In this document: in pieces, positions 7,748 through 18,036 of the stretch
Layout: each line of letters starts with the position of its first letter
Numbering within the stretch: position 1 is the first letter of the stretch
NCBI GenBank assembly: GCA_045594665.1
Contig: JAZNYX010000062.1
Coordinates: 98,460-162,459, forward strand
Length of the DNA: 64,000 bases
Reading direction: 5' to 3'
DNA from: Clostridia bacterium
GTDB lineage: Bacteria; Bacillota; Clostridia; UMGS1883
Program-made: the position numbers and the translations under genes
Notes under the pieces: model-generated
Database searches by the model: none
The model's input: the letters and a program-made list of their open reading frames with translations, nothing else
Told to the model about the DNA's origin: nothing

Positions 7748-10018
7748 TTATTCAAATAATTTCTTAAAGCTGTAAGTTATGGAATTACTTGTAATTTGGA
7801 AAGACAGCCGACATGCATTTTTTATTGAATGAAAAATGCTGTCCTCTTGCCTTGGGTCTGCCACGGTAATATAACGGACACCGTCCGCAATACGGCAGAA
7901 ATTCTCCTCTCCGCCCGAAATTACAAACACATTCTTTTCCACAGCTCCCTCGGAAAGAAGGCTGTGAAACGCCTTGCGGTCAATATCCGATACAAAGCCC
8001 ACGGCTTCATCGGATATAATAAATATATTATCCACAGCACTCTTTAGTGCCTCGGCAAGCTTTTGCCATTGCTCCCCTCGGGAGAATTTGCCCTTGTCCT
8101 GCTTTATTGTAATAACCTTGGAGTTAAAAATATCTCTTTCCCCAAAGGAATCTGTCTTTATTAAACTAAGGCTGTCGGGAGTCAGATCCTCGGGCTTATC
8201 CCCTCCTATAATAACGGAGGCATCCGCCTTTTTCAGTACGTTCATATTATGAGCGTAGGCGGCTCTGTCAAAGAGGGTGTTTACTTTTGAAGAAGCATAG
8301 ATGTCAAACACAAAGCCTGCATCGGACTGCTGTGCCAAGGGGTCTTTCGTAATAGGCTTTTCAGCGTCAATTTCATAATCTCCGCAAATAACCTCAATGC
8401 TTCTTTGAGCATTCCCGTGTATCAGCTTGATTTCACTTGCACCCTCGCTCAGAGCTTTTACCGACCCGTCAAGACTAAGAGACACCAATTTTGAATCAAA
8501 TTTTGGCTGAAGCAGGGTTAAATCCCTGACAACCGCTGTTTTTCCCTGCTTATCAAAAACCTTTATCTGCCCCTCGCCCTTGTAGCTTTCGCCTTTTTTT
8601 AGTGTTATCTCCTTGGGGGCAATAATACCGCTGGCCTCACTTATCATGCTGACGGTGCAGCTATCGGTCTTTTTGCCGCCGCAGTATACGTCGATTACGG
8701 CAGTTTCATTTCCTTGCGGATAGAAGATATTATCCTTTATGCTGCCCTTTCCTTCCGACACGACAAGCTTTATTTTCTCAGTGCCTTTTGAGGGCTTATT
8801 ATAGTTTTTATCATAGGGGGTAACTGTGAGCTTTACGCTGTCCCCCGTTAAAACATAATCATTCTCCGCCTCTATGAAAGCCCCTACAGCCTCGCCGCTT
8901 TTTGCACTGCTCACAATTGCAGGGGCGTTTATCACCTTTCGGTTTTCTATGGGGCTGTTTAGAAAACCGAGGCTATCGTCCTTAAGGGTTTTTCCCACCA
9001 TTTGGGTAGAGCCGCCTCCGTCAAGGTTCAGGGCATTTACGCACCCCAAATCAAGGCATATATCGGCAAGCTCACTAAGAGATACGCCGCGGCTTTCGTT
9101 TTGTCTGCCGTCAACGGTAATAAAATAAACCACCGTTCCGTCCTCGTTTGTTCCCACAACACTTCTCGGGTTATTCCCTGCCACGTTATGGGTAATCTCT
9201 GTTTTTTTGCCGTCCTTTAAAAGAAGCGTACCCCCTCCGAATGCAGTTTCCACATTTTCGATTGAGGGTGTAAATTCAATTTTTGTTTTAACAGCGTCCC
9301 CAAGGTTAAATTTATATTCCAGAAACGGGGTCATATTATCGTCAATTACCAAAATGTACCCATCCTTGGGAATGGGAATGCTCCCCCCCAGACTTACGCC
9401 CTTTGCCGTCACAACATCGTCCGTAACGGTAACTGCCGTGATGCCCTCAGGGAGAAAGGGCGAAGTGCCTGCGTTAAATTCGGGAGTGTACATAAGCACA
9501 GCCCCGTAATAATCGGTGGGTTTATTAATATGTGCTATGGGCATTTTTGTGCCATCGGGTGCTTCTACCTCGCCTTGATAGGTAAGATATGAAAACGAAA
9601 GCACGCTTTCACTTAAAAATCCTGCCGCCATATCTGTATTTATGTGGGACTGCAAAAGCTCCCCGTCCTTAACCTCGATTCCCAAAGAGAAATTCTGGTC
9701 GCCTTTATATGCGGAGAAAAAGTCCCCGTTTATGGCAACAACCGTGTTTTCCTCTTTTTGCGCAAGGTCTTTTACGGTGGCGGTCTTATCACTACCGCCA
9801 CTGTGCTTTAAAAGCTCAAAGCTCAGATTTTCATTTTTCAGATCGGCTGTTACGCAGTTTATATTAAGTGCATAAGAGCCGAAAAATTGCTGCTTCCTCG
9901 TAAGGGTAACACCGCCTGTCACAACCTCTTCCTCCGTGGAAGAATAAAGGGGCGCCCCCGATGCCGAGGCACAAACGTATATAATAAACGCCATAAAAAA
10001 TGCAGTTATTCTTTTCAA
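7748..10018 (-). CDS. secreted phosphodiester glycosidase family protein (NAGPA/DUF2233-like) with Ig-like (Big_2) region
   Basis: 756 aa with an N-terminal signal peptide and the ALNLDGGGSTQM motif typical of the phosphodiester glycosidase domain. Confidence 0.55.
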   Translation of the reverse strand: MKRITAFFMAFIIYVCASASGAPLYSSTEEEVVTGGVTLTRKQQFFGSYALNINCVTADLKNENLSFELLKHSGGSDKTATVKDLAQKEENTVVAINGDFFSAYKGDQNFSLGIEVKDGELLQSHINTDMAAGFLSESVLSFSYLTYQGEVEAPDGTKMPIAHINKPTDYYGAVLMYTPEFNAGTSPFLPEGITAVTVTDDVVTAKGVSLGGSIPIPKDGYILVIDDNMTPFLEYKFNLGDAVKTKIEFTPSIENVETAFGGGTLLLKDGKKTEITHNVAGNNPRSVVGTNEDGTVVYFITVDGRQNESRGVSLSELADICLDLGCVNALNLDGGGSTQMVGKTLKDDSLGFLNSPIENRKVINAPAIVSSAKSGEAVGAFIEAENDYVLTGDSVKLTVTPYDKNYNKPSKGTEKIKLVVSEGKGSIKDNIFYPQGNETAVIDVYCGGKKTDSCTVSMISEASGIIAPKEITLKKGESYKGEGQIKVFDKQGKTAVVRDLTLLQPKFDSKLVSLSLDGSVKALSEGASEIKLIHGNAQRSIEVICGDYEIDAEKPITKDPLAQQSDAGFVFDIYASSKVNTLFDRAAYAHNMNVLKKADASVIIGGDKPEDLTPDSLSLIKTDSFGERDIFNSKVITIKQDKGKFSRGEQWQKLAEALKSAVDNIFIISDEAVGFVSDIDRKAFHSLLSEGAVEKNVFVISGGEENFCRIADGVRYITVADPRQEDSIFHSIKNACRLSFQITSNSITYSFKKLFE

Positions 10019-10070
10019 TTAAATCCCTCCTTTGCTGTGCTTTGTAATAGAAAAGGGGGTTTGCCGAAAA

Positions 10071-10328
10071 TCAGCGGCGAAACATTTCCTCGGGAAGAAC
10101 ACGGATTGCTACATTAAGCTCATTTCCAACTTTTTCAAGCTCTGCCGTAAGCTCCTCCATGCTAAGAGCACTCTTTTCCATATCCACAAGAGCAATCATG
10201 GTAAAGAGATTTTGCATCAGCTTTTGTGAAATATCGAGAATATTGATGTTCTTTTCATAAAAAAGTCCGCTGACTCTTGCAATGATACCCGTCTTATCTT
10301 TTCCTACTACCGTTACTACTGCACGCAT
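10071..10328 (-). CDS. ACT domain-containing protein (UPF0237 family)
   Basis: 85 aa; MRAVVTVVGKDKTGIIARVSG... βαββαβ ACT pattern. Confidence 0.7.
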   Translation of the reverse strand: MRAVVTVVGKDKTGIIARVSGLFYEKNINILDISQKLMQNLFTMIALVDMEKSALSMEELTAELEKVGNELNVAIRVLPEEMFRR

Positions 10329-10341
10329 TTTAATTACTCCT

Positions 10342-11076
10342 TTATAATGAATTTTGCCTTACTGCTTCATAGATAAACAGAGCCGCCGCCACAGAGGCAT
10401 TAAGGGAATTAACGTCGCCTTTCATGGGAATTTTTACCTTGAAATCGCATTTTTCCAGAACAAGGCGGCTGATTCCCTCGCCCTCGGAGCCTATTACAAT
10501 TGCCACAGCTCCTTTAAGGTCGGCATCATAAATATTCTTGTCGCCCGAAGCATCTGCACCGCTTACCCAAATGTTTTTCTTTTTCAAATCGTCAATGGTT
10601 TTTGCAAGGCTTGTTACCCTTGCCACGGGGGTATACTCCACCGCACCTGCACTTGCCTTGGCACAAACGGCGGTAAGCGTTGCCGAATCATGCTTGGAAA
10701 TAATGATTCCGTGTACGCCTGCACAGTTTGCCGTTCTTATAATTGAGCCTAAATTTCGGGGGTCTGCTATGCGGTCAAGAATTACGATAAAGGGAGGCTC
10801 CCCTTTTTCCTCGGCACGCTTTAAAATATCATCAACGGTTGCATATTCTGCCATGGCACACTGGGCGATAACCCCCTGATGTGCCCCCGTAAGGCTCATT
10901 TCGTCAAGTTTCTTTCCGTCTGTTTCCGTAACGGTAATGCCCTTTTCCTTTGCCATGCGGATAATGGGAATTATGCTTCCGTGTCTGTCGCCCTTTTTCA
11001 CATATATTTTATCTATGCTCCTGCCGCTTTTAAGTGCTTCCGCCACAGGATTTCTGCCCTCTATTTTATCATTCAT
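10342..11076 (-). CDS. rlmB: 23S rRNA (guanosine-2'-O)-methyltransferase RlmB (SpoU/TrmH family)
   Basis: 244 aa; N-terminal L30e-like substrate-binding domain plus SPOUT methyltransferase motifs (LDRIADPRNLGSIIRTA..., VIGSEGEGIS). Confidence 0.85.
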   Translation of the reverse strand: MNDKIEGRNPVAEALKSGRSIDKIYVKKGDRHGSIIPIIRMAKEKGITVTETDGKKLDEMSLTGAHQGVIAQCAMAEYATVDDILKRAEEKGEPPFIVILDRIADPRNLGSIIRTANCAGVHGIIISKHDSATLTAVCAKASAGAVEYTPVARVTSLAKTIDDLKKKNIWVSGADASGDKNIYDADLKGAVAIVIGSEGEGISRLVLEKCDFKVKIPMKGDVNSLNASVAAALFIYEAVRQNSL

Positions 11077-11170
11077 GCGGATTCCTCCTTTTTCTACTGC
11101 TTCATTATATCACAACATATGAAAAATTCTATAATTGTAACACAAATTTATTATTCCTTATTCTACCTTA

Positions 11171-11442
11171 GCCGACGGGAAGTCGAACCCCACACGGTTT
11201 TAAGAGGTGAATTTTCCCCAATAGTGCGTTAAAATCCTTGAAAATACGAAAGTATTATCTGCGGATTTTGCCTTCTCTTGAGAAAAATTCATCCTCTTAA
11301 AACTTCTGCGAACCCTGACGTAGGAAAATTTTCATAAGACGGATGCGAAAGTCGCAGATGGGCTGTCGCCCTTCAAGACTGACAAATTCGTATTATGGGA
11401 ATTTAACAAGTCAGAGCGTATGGGGTTCGGCTACCCGTCGGC
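11171..11442 (+). repeat. family-2 long palindromic structured element, copy 1, with a ~190-nt internal insertion
   Basis: Outer arms gccgacggg-aa-gtcgaacccca ... tggggttcggct-a-cccgtcggc. Shares a core (cacggttttaaRaggtga ... gacaaRttcgtattatgggaattta...gtcagRgcgtatgg) with 17937-18036. The arms differ in sequence between copies but stay complementary. Confidence 0.5.
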
Positions 11443-13497
11443 TACTGTAAATTGTTTTTCCCTAAACAGGATTTTGCCGCCCGTAAGAGTGGAAAAATCT
11501 GTCCCTTTCCGAGTAATTCTGTAGGGAATTTTCAGATAGTCGCATTTTATTTTAAATCCCGATTCCAAAAGCTTTTGTGTATCCTTTGCCGTAATTCCCT
11601 GAAGCGATACGAAAACACAATCCTCGTATTCAACACGCACGGCTCGTCCCCTGATGTTTTCAATGGGAAAATATTCTATCCATGCGCCATTAACACAGAT
11701 TCTCTCTGCATCTTTTAAAAATACTGTCCGTATTCCTTTGCGTGATGCCTCTTTCTCAAGCTCAAGCTTTTCCTCGTCTGTTAAAAGGTCGTCGGAAGCA
11801 ATCACCATTTGAGGAAGCTTGCTTTTCAAAAGGGAAAATACATCGCCCTTGGGAAGTGCTGAAATAATAAGGCATTTAACTTCCTCATCAAAATTCTCAC
11901 TTAACTGCACTGCATCATAGTAATCGGGACAATCAATATAGATTAATCCTCCGTCTTTAATCTTAAGAGCAGAAAAGGTGTCCGAGCCATAGTGGGCAAA
12001 GCTCATATTCAATTTTACCCCGTGGTTAAAGGTTGTGGCAATACACATTGCCAAAAGCCATCCGCAGCACAGGCTTTTTAACGCTCCACTTTTTTGGGGA
12101 TAAATATGTATTGCTATAAGAATAAAAACCCAACTTACTGCAAAAAGGATGCCCAATCCCCCTGTTTCCAAGCCTGCCCCCGGCACTCTTGCAACGCCCA
12201 GGCTGACAGCCTCTATAACGTCTGCGGTCCTTTGCAGGGCTATTTGCAAAAAAGCCGAGATAAAAGAGATTTTTGACATTACAAAATACAAAAGTCCCAA
12301 TACCACAAACAGGGAGGAAACGGGGAAAATTAAAATATTTGATATAATCGAATACGGATTAACCGTTCTGAAACTTGCTATCAGAACAGGTATAACAATA
12401 ATTTGTGCGGCAACGCTTACCGCCACCGCATTGCTTGCCCAATCGGGAAGGATACCGTTTATTGCTCCTTTTATTTTATCGGTATAAAGTACAATACCCA
12501 AAACACACAGAAGCGACAGGATAAAGCCCACACTTGCCACATAATACGGATTTAAGGCAAGCATGATGAGTGCCGCGGCGGCAATTGTTGTGTAAGTGTC
12601 GTTGTCACGGTAAAGTATTTTTGAAAGGTGGTATATAACGCACATTATAAGTGCCCTAATTACGCTTGCGCCCATTCCCGTAACAAGCGCTATAAACAAA
12701 GCCCCGAAAAGCACAAGGATGTTTACATAGCGTTTCTTTCCGAATATCTTCCTTAGGAAAAAAGCCATTGCCACAATAATTGCAGATATGTGCATTCCCG
12801 AAACCACGGCAATATGACTGAGTCCGCTTTTTTGGAGGGCATCGTCAAGGTCGTCCGAAAGCAGCCTTTTATCTCCGAACACCATGGCGTTGAAAAGCCC
12901 TCGGCTGTCACCCTGAAAGGCTTTTTCTCCCAAACGGTCCATTTGTGTGCGGATTTTATATATGAATCCTTCTATGCCTTTTGTCATTCGTCCGCTCAGT
13001 TGAAATTTTTCTGCCTCTGCACTAAGGTAAACTCCCTCGCTGTGCATATACGAGGAAAAATCAAAAAGGCTCACCTTTGGCGGAGCATACTCCGAGAGGG
13101 CAAAGCTTCCCCAAAGAATGTCCCCCGGATATAACATAGCATTGGAATTGGTTTTGAGATAAATTTTCACCCTTTTCCCGTTGTCCTTAAAGAAGGCTTC
13201 TGCTCTGCCCCTATCGGAAAAATCGGTAACCGTCACCTGTCCCTGAAAGGTACTTCCGCCATAAATCGCCGACAAGCTCTCTTTTCGGCCTTGGGCAAGC
13301 TCCATTCTGCCAAAGCCCAGCACCATAAAAAGGGAAATCCCCACGCATAGCCATCTTTTATCCCTGTATAGAAGCACGCCCCCTACACAGAGCAGAGCGG
13401 TCATTATGATTATCCAAAAAATGCCGATTCCCACAGCGGAGGAGTATATTCCTGCCATAAAAAGAACCGCCATTAATACAATGGGTCTTACTAACAT
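11431..13497 (-). CDS. comEC: DNA internalization-related competence protein ComEC/Rec2 family
   Basis: 688 aa polytopic membrane protein with the ComEC competence domain pattern and a degenerate C-terminal metallo-β-lactamase-like region. Confidence 0.7.
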   Translation of the reverse strand: MLVRPIVLMAVLFMAGIYSSAVGIGIFWIIIMTALLCVGGVLLYRDKRWLCVGISLFMVLGFGRMELAQGRKESLSAIYGGSTFQGQVTVTDFSDRGRAEAFFKDNGKRVKIYLKTNSNAMLYPGDILWGSFALSEYAPPKVSLFDFSSYMHSEGVYLSAEAEKFQLSGRMTKGIEGFIYKIRTQMDRLGEKAFQGDSRGLFNAMVFGDKRLLSDDLDDALQKSGLSHIAVVSGMHISAIIVAMAFFLRKIFGKKRYVNILVLFGALFIALVTGMGASVIRALIMCVIYHLSKILYRDNDTYTTIAAAALIMLALNPYYVASVGFILSLLCVLGIVLYTDKIKGAINGILPDWASNAVAVSVAAQIIVIPVLIASFRTVNPYSIISNILIFPVSSLFVVLGLLYFVMSKISFISAFLQIALQRTADVIEAVSLGVARVPGAGLETGGLGILFAVSWVFILIAIHIYPQKSGALKSLCCGWLLAMCIATTFNHGVKLNMSFAHYGSDTFSALKIKDGGLIYIDCPDYYDAVQLSENFDEEVKCLIISALPKGDVFSLLKSKLPQMVIASDDLLTDEEKLELEKEASRKGIRTVFLKDAERICVNGAWIEYFPIENIRGRAVRVEYEDCVFVSLQGITAKDTQKLLESGFKIKCDYLKIPYRITRKGTDFSTLTGGKILFREKQFTVADG

Positions 13498-13502
13498 GCT
13501 AC

Positions 13503-13754
13503 TTATTTTATCTCCTGCTCAAGATTATCAAAAAGGTTGGAAGCAAAAAAATCTCTTATATGAAGATTTAATCCGTCACAAATTTTCTTTATTGTAGAAA
13601 TTGTGGCTGAATTATTTCTGCCTCCCACTATATTGCTCAGCGTTGATTGCGTTATTCCGCATATGGTTGCAAGCTTGTTTACAGTAATATTCTTTTCCTT
13701 GCAAAGTTCAAGAATTCTTAGCTTAACTGCTGTTCCGATACTCAAAACAATCAC
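13503..13754 (-). CDS. XRE-family helix-turn-helix transcriptional regulator (small)
   Basis: 83 aa; HTH (ITVNKLATICGITQSTLSNI). C-terminal FDNLEQEIK is shared with the adjacent paralogue. Confidence 0.7.
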   Translation of the reverse strand: MIVLSIGTAVKLRILELCKEKNITVNKLATICGITQSTLSNIVGGRNNSATISTIKKICDGLNLHIRDFFASNLFDNLEQEIK

Positions 13755-13766
13755 CTCAAAAAAGTT

Positions 13767-14009
13767 TTATTTTATTTCTTGTTCCAAATTATCAAATTCA
13801 CGAGTTGAAAAGAACTCTCCTAAAGTAATTTCCAATCCATCGCAAAACTTTTTAATGGTGCGTATTGAAATATCACGGCGTGATTTATCCATCATGCTGT
13901 ATGCCGTAGACGGAGTAACTCCCGACAAGGTTGCAAGCTCATTAATTTTGATTCCCTTTTCTCCGCATAACTCCATAAATCGCTCTACAATAACATCTTT
14001 TATATCCAT
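13767..14009 (-). CDS. XRE-family helix-turn-helix transcriptional regulator (small; tandem paralogue)
   Basis: 80 aa; HTH (IKINELATLSGVTPSTAYSM); same C-terminal FDNLEQEIK tail. Confidence 0.7.
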   Translation of the reverse strand: MDIKDVIVERFMELCGEKGIKINELATLSGVTPSTAYSMMDKSRRDISIRTIKKFCDGLEITLGEFFSTREFDNLEQEIK

Positions 14010-14167
14010 TCCGCTTCACCTCATGGATATTGTATGCGTTTTTACGTTCATGCGTATACGCCCGTGCGTAATTAAGGGCGTTTTTTATGAATAAAAATTG
14101 AATTTTCCATGGGAACATTGGGTCGGTGCTGCTTTATCACATTCCGTCGCCAAGGGGAATCAAAAAT

Positions 14168-14300
14168 GGTGCAGAACGTACAAACGGAAGTCCGCAGGAC
14201 GTCCCGAAGCTGTACATAGGTACAGCGAGAGGTGACGTTTGTGCGTAGCAAAACGCATAAAATGCGAAAGGAATCCGCTCACGGATTCCTTCCTCAAACA
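14168..14300 (+). ncRNA. family-1 structured element, copy C
   Basis: cagaaCGTACAAACGgaa-[gtccgcaggac]-gtCCCGAAGC-[ctgtacataggtacag]-CGAGAGGTGACG-TTTGTGCG-TAGCAAAACG. All three stems carry compensatory changes relative to copy A, including a U-G wobble in the outer stem that fixes the strand. Followed by hairpin ggaatccgctcacggattcc. Confidence 0.55.
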
Positions 14301-14390
14301 ATTCAACGCACTTTGTAAATTTAATTTATTAATAGCACTTCCACTATATATTTTGCGTTTTGCGATCAGTGCCGTTTTTCATTCCCCGCC

Positions 14391-15602
14391 TCAGTCAGCA
14401 AGGTTGAATTTACTGTGTATCGCCCTAACTGCGTTTTCCGCATCCTTTCTGTCAATAAGAACGCTTACGCGGATTTCGCTTGTGGAAATCATCTGAATAT
14501 TGATTCCTGCATCATAAAGAGCCTCAAACATTGTTGCGGCAACACCGGGGTTAGATGTCATACCTGCACCTACGATAGAAATCTTTGATACGTTTTCATC
14601 GTGAATAACCTTCTCGGCACGGATAATTGCATTATTTTCATTGATTACGTTAAGTGCTGTTTCAAGGTCACCTGCACCTACGGTGAAGCTGATATCCTTG
14701 CTTCCGTCACGTCCGATTGACTGAAGAATAATATCAACATTTACTTTCTTCTTTGCTAAAAGCGAGAATATCTGAAATGCCTTTCCGGGCTTATCATCAA
14801 TATTTACAAGAGCAATTCTTGCAACATCATTATCACGGGCAATACCTCTGATTAACATCTTTTCCACTGTGTTTTCCTCCTTAACAATAGTGCCGGGCAC
14901 TTTTTCAAAGCTTGACAGCACTTCCATATTTACATTAAATTTCTTTGCAAGCTCCACGCTTCTGTTATGAAGCACGTTTGCACCTGCACTTGCCAGTTCC
15001 AGCATTTCGTCGTAAGTAATTTCGTTAAGCTTTCTTGCTTCGGGCACGATTCTGGGGTCGGTTGTATACACGCCTGTTACATCGGTGAATATCTGACAAA
15101 GGTCAGCACCCAAAGCCGCCGCAAGAGCAACTGCCGAGGTATCGGAGCCGCCTCGTCCGAGGGTTGTAATATCATCAAACTTATTAATACCCTGGAAGCC
15201 TGCCACGATAACGATTTTCTTTTTATCAAGCTCCAGATGAACTCTCTCGCCGATAATACGCTTAATGCGTGCCTTTGAATAATTGCTGTCGGTATTTACA
15301 CCTGCCTGCCAGCCTGTAAGGGAAACAACGGGTCTGCCCAGCTTTTCAATAGCCATTGCAAGAAGGGACATTGAAATCTGCTCACCTGCCGAGAGAAGAA
15401 CGTCCATTTCTCTTTTTGACGCGTTTTTGTTGATTTCTGCCGCTTTTTCCAGCAAATCATCTGTAGTATCGCCCTGTGCGGAAACTACTACCACAACGTC
15501 GTTACCCTCGTCGTAAGTTTCCACAATACGGCCTGCTACGCGGAAAACTCTTTCCGCATTGGCAACACTGCTGCCGCCGAATTTCTGTACTATTAAACCC
15601 AC
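14391..15602 (-). CDS. lysC: aspartate kinase
   Basis: 403 aa; KFGGSSV N-terminal motif, amino-acid kinase fold and tandem C-terminal ACT domains. Confidence 0.9.
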   Translation of the reverse strand: MGLIVQKFGGSSVANAERVFRVAGRIVETYDEGNDVVVVVSAQGDTTDDLLEKAAEINKNASKREMDVLLSAGEQISMSLLAMAIEKLGRPVVSLTGWQAGVNTDSNYSKARIKRIIGERVHLELDKKKIVIVAGFQGINKFDDITTLGRGGSDTSAVALAAALGADLCQIFTDVTGVYTTDPRIVPEARKLNEITYDEMLELASAGANVLHNRSVELAKKFNVNMEVLSSFEKVPGTIVKEENTVEKMLIRGIARDNDVARIALVNIDDKPGKAFQIFSLLAKKKVNVDIILQSIGRDGSKDISFTVGAGDLETALNVINENNAIIRAEKVIHDENVSKISIVGAGMTSNPGVAATMFEALYDAGINIQMISTSEIRVSVLIDRKDAENAVRAIHSKFNLAD

Positions 15603-15631
15603 TATAATTACCTCCTTGGGATTAGCTTAGC

Positions 15632-16834
15632 TTATTTGTAAAGCCTAATTTTATTTATAACTCCGCCGATTTTTTCAATATCGGCAGCAAGCTTTCCTAT
15701 CTTTATCTCATCGGTTACAAAGCCGTAATCATTAATACCTTTTATAAATTCTCTATCGCCGAAAACCTCTTTTGCCGTGGCAATCTGACTTTCTTCTATA
15801 CGTACAAAGAATTTAGCCTCTATATCCTCATAAGGGATAAAGCTTTCCCTGTCGCTTTCCTCCCAGCTGAAATAGGGATTATATTCTCCGCTGCGGACAA
15901 TATCCACCACATCGCCCACTACTGCACTGGCTGTGGGAAGCTTGCCTGCCCCTCTGCCGTAGAACATAAGGGTATCCACCATGTTCCCTTTTACCATAAC
16001 GCTGTTGAAAACATCTTCTACAGTTGAAAGAGGACAACTTTCGGGGATAAGCATCGGCTCTACGGAAGCATTTACCTTGCCGTCTTTTGTAAATCCGCAT
16101 CCAATCAGCTTGATTGTGCAGCCGATTGCCGCCGCATATGTCACATCTTCTGCACTTATCGTGCGGATACCTGCCGTGTGTACCATTTCGGAAGGAATCT
16201 TTTTCCCTGTAACAAGTGACATAAGAATGGAAATTTTTCTGCATGCATCAAATCCGTCCACGTCTGCCGTGGGGTCCTTTTCGGCATATCCAAGCTCCTG
16301 TGCCGTTTTAAGCGCACCCTCAAAGGACTCGTTTTCCTTAAACATCTTTGTCAGAATATAGTTTGTAGTTCCGTTAAGAATACCCGAAACCTCATAAATG
16401 TCATTTGCCGCCGCATCATTTGCCAGCGGGCGGATAATGGGAATACCGCCGCCTACGCTCGCCTCGTAAAGATAGCGTACATTCTTCTCCTTTGCAATGC
16501 GGAAAAATTCATCGCCGTGTGTGGCAACAAGCTCCTTATTGCTCGTAACAACGCTCTTTCCTGCCATAAGAAGCGCCTTTGTATATTCATAGGCGAATTT
16601 AATACCGCCCATTGTTTCCACCACAATATCAATCTCACTATCTCCCACAAGGTCATTGAAATCCTTTGTGAAAAGATGTGCCTCCTCATGGGCTGAAAAA
16701 TCACGAATGTCAAGAATCCTTTTAACGTCGATTTCCTCGCCTGCTTTTTTTGTGAGAATATCTTTATTTTTCCTTATTATCTCGTATACTCCGGAGCCTA
16801 CAACTCCGAAGCCGATAATTCCGATTTTCTTCAT
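15632..16834 (-). CDS. hom: homoserine dehydrogenase
   Basis: 400 aa; GFGVVGSG NAD-binding motif, central catalytic domain and C-terminal ACT domain. Confidence 0.9.
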   Translation of the reverse strand: MKKIGIIGFGVVGSGVYEIIRKNKDILTKKAGEEIDVKRILDIRDFSAHEEAHLFTKDFNDLVGDSEIDIVVETMGGIKFAYEYTKALLMAGKSVVTSNKELVATHGDEFFRIAKEKNVRYLYEASVGGGIPIIRPLANDAAANDIYEVSGILNGTTNYILTKMFKENESFEGALKTAQELGYAEKDPTADVDGFDACRKISILMSLVTGKKIPSEMVHTAGIRTISAEDVTYAAAIGCTIKLIGCGFTKDGKVNASVEPMLIPESCPLSTVEDVFNSVMVKGNMVDTLMFYGRGAGKLPTASAVVGDVVDIVRSGEYNPYFSWEESDRESFIPYEDIEAKFFVRIEESQIATAKEVFGDREFIKGINDYGFVTDEIKIGKLAADIEKIGGVINKIRLYK

Positions 16835-16848
16835 TTGTATACCTTCCT

Positions 16849-17283
16849 TTATTGTTTTGCGAGTATATTTACCTTGCGCACACCGCGTACCATCTGCAGA
16901 CCCGAAATCAGTCTGTCGGTGCTCAGGCGCATATTTTCCGTCTGAACGGTAACGGTTATATTTGCAACACCGTTTATGGGAACATTCTGATTAATTGTTA
17001 AAATATTGCAGCCGGCATCACTCATGAACGATAACATATCGCTCAGGACACCCTTAAGGTCAATTACTGCTATAAGGAGCGTTAAAATTCCCTGCATCTG
17101 ATTAAAAGGGAAAACGTAGTCCTTATATTTATAATACGCACTTCTTGACACTTCTGCCATATCTGCCGCTTCGTTTACTGTTTCTGCCTCGCCCGATTCC
17201 AAAAGCTCTTTAACCTTTAAAATCTTGTGATAAACAGGAGGAAGCACCGATAAATCGGCAATTACAAGCTTTTTCTGCTCCAT
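16849..17283 (-). CDS. ACT domain-containing protein (UPF0735/PheB-like) upstream of hom
   Basis: Conserved small ACT protein that precedes hom in many Firmicutes. Probable start MEQKK at 17283, with a GGTGG ribosome-binding site. Confidence 0.6.
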   Translation of the reverse strand: MEQKKLVIADLSVLPPVYHKILKVKELLESGEAETVNEAADMAEVSRSAYYKYKDYVFPFNQMQGILTLLIAVIDLKGVLSDMLSFMSDAGCNILTINQNVPINGVANITVTVQTENMRLSTDRLISGLQMVRGVRKVNILAKQ

Positions 17284-17315
17284 GTGTCCACCACCCGTGT
17301 ACATTTGTCTTTTGA

Positions 17316-17344
17316 TATATTACCACGAATGGGGGTAGTTGTCA
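17316..17344 (-). promoter_or_regulatory. sigma-A-type promoter (TTGACA-17-TAATAT) for the ACT-hom-lysC operon
   Basis: Minus-strand reading cTTGACAactacccccattcgtggTAATATatcaaaagacaaATG. Confidence 0.55.
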
Positions 17345-17936
17345 AGCAAAAAATTATACAAAAAACACCAAATTAACATTGGGAATGTAAGAAATTCCAC
17401 GGATGCGTGAAGGCTTATGTTCTTTTGTAACCAAAAGAACCAAAAGTTTTGGGGTTGCGATTCCCCAAACCCCTAAACCGCTCCTATCGGACTAAGTAAT
17501 TGCCTTACCTAATCTTTTAAATAGCGAGTTTTGTTTTTGCGGATTTTAAGCCTTTGTACCGCCGGCTCCAAAGGGAAACCCATTCCCTGTTCCGCCTGAA
17601 ATCGCTCGTCAGCAGCGGAAAATGATACGAGCGATTTCTCAGTAGTCGACTTTAAATCCGCAAAAACCTCACTTCTGTGCTTATTGTTAGATTGATTTTG
17701 TGTGAAAACTATCTTTATATGCACCAAAGTAGTTTTTGAAGCTTCAAGGCTGACTGGTAAAATTCTGTCCACATCAGTTTCCTTTGCAGGTGGACAGAAT
17801 TTAGAAACAGCTGAGGCTGAGTGCCGAATCTGTTTCGGTGACACAAAAGCCGCAGAAGCTTCAAAACGGAATTATATAACTTAGTAGGGTAAACAAGTTT
17901 ATGGTTAAACAACGCCGCCCCTGCGAGGCCGTTTAA

Positions 17937-18036
17937 GCCAACGGGGTGTCAATCTCCGTACGGTTTTAAAAGGTGACAAGTTCGTATTATGGGAATTTAT
18001 TCCGTCAGGGCGTATGGAGATTGGCTCCCCGTTGGC
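17937..18036 (+). repeat. family-2 long palindromic structured element, copy 2 (compact form)
   Basis: gccaacgggg-tg-tcaatctcc-gtacggttttaaaaggtgacaagttcgtattatgggaatttattccgtcagggcgtatgg-agattggct-ccccgttggc. Confidence 0.5.

Noticed and set aside
11171-11442. tRNA gene with an anticodon-loop group I intron
   Set aside because: Both arms contain the same GAACCCCA/TGGGGTTC strings that pair with each other. There is no D-arm or anticodon stem, and there is no CCA or discriminator context.
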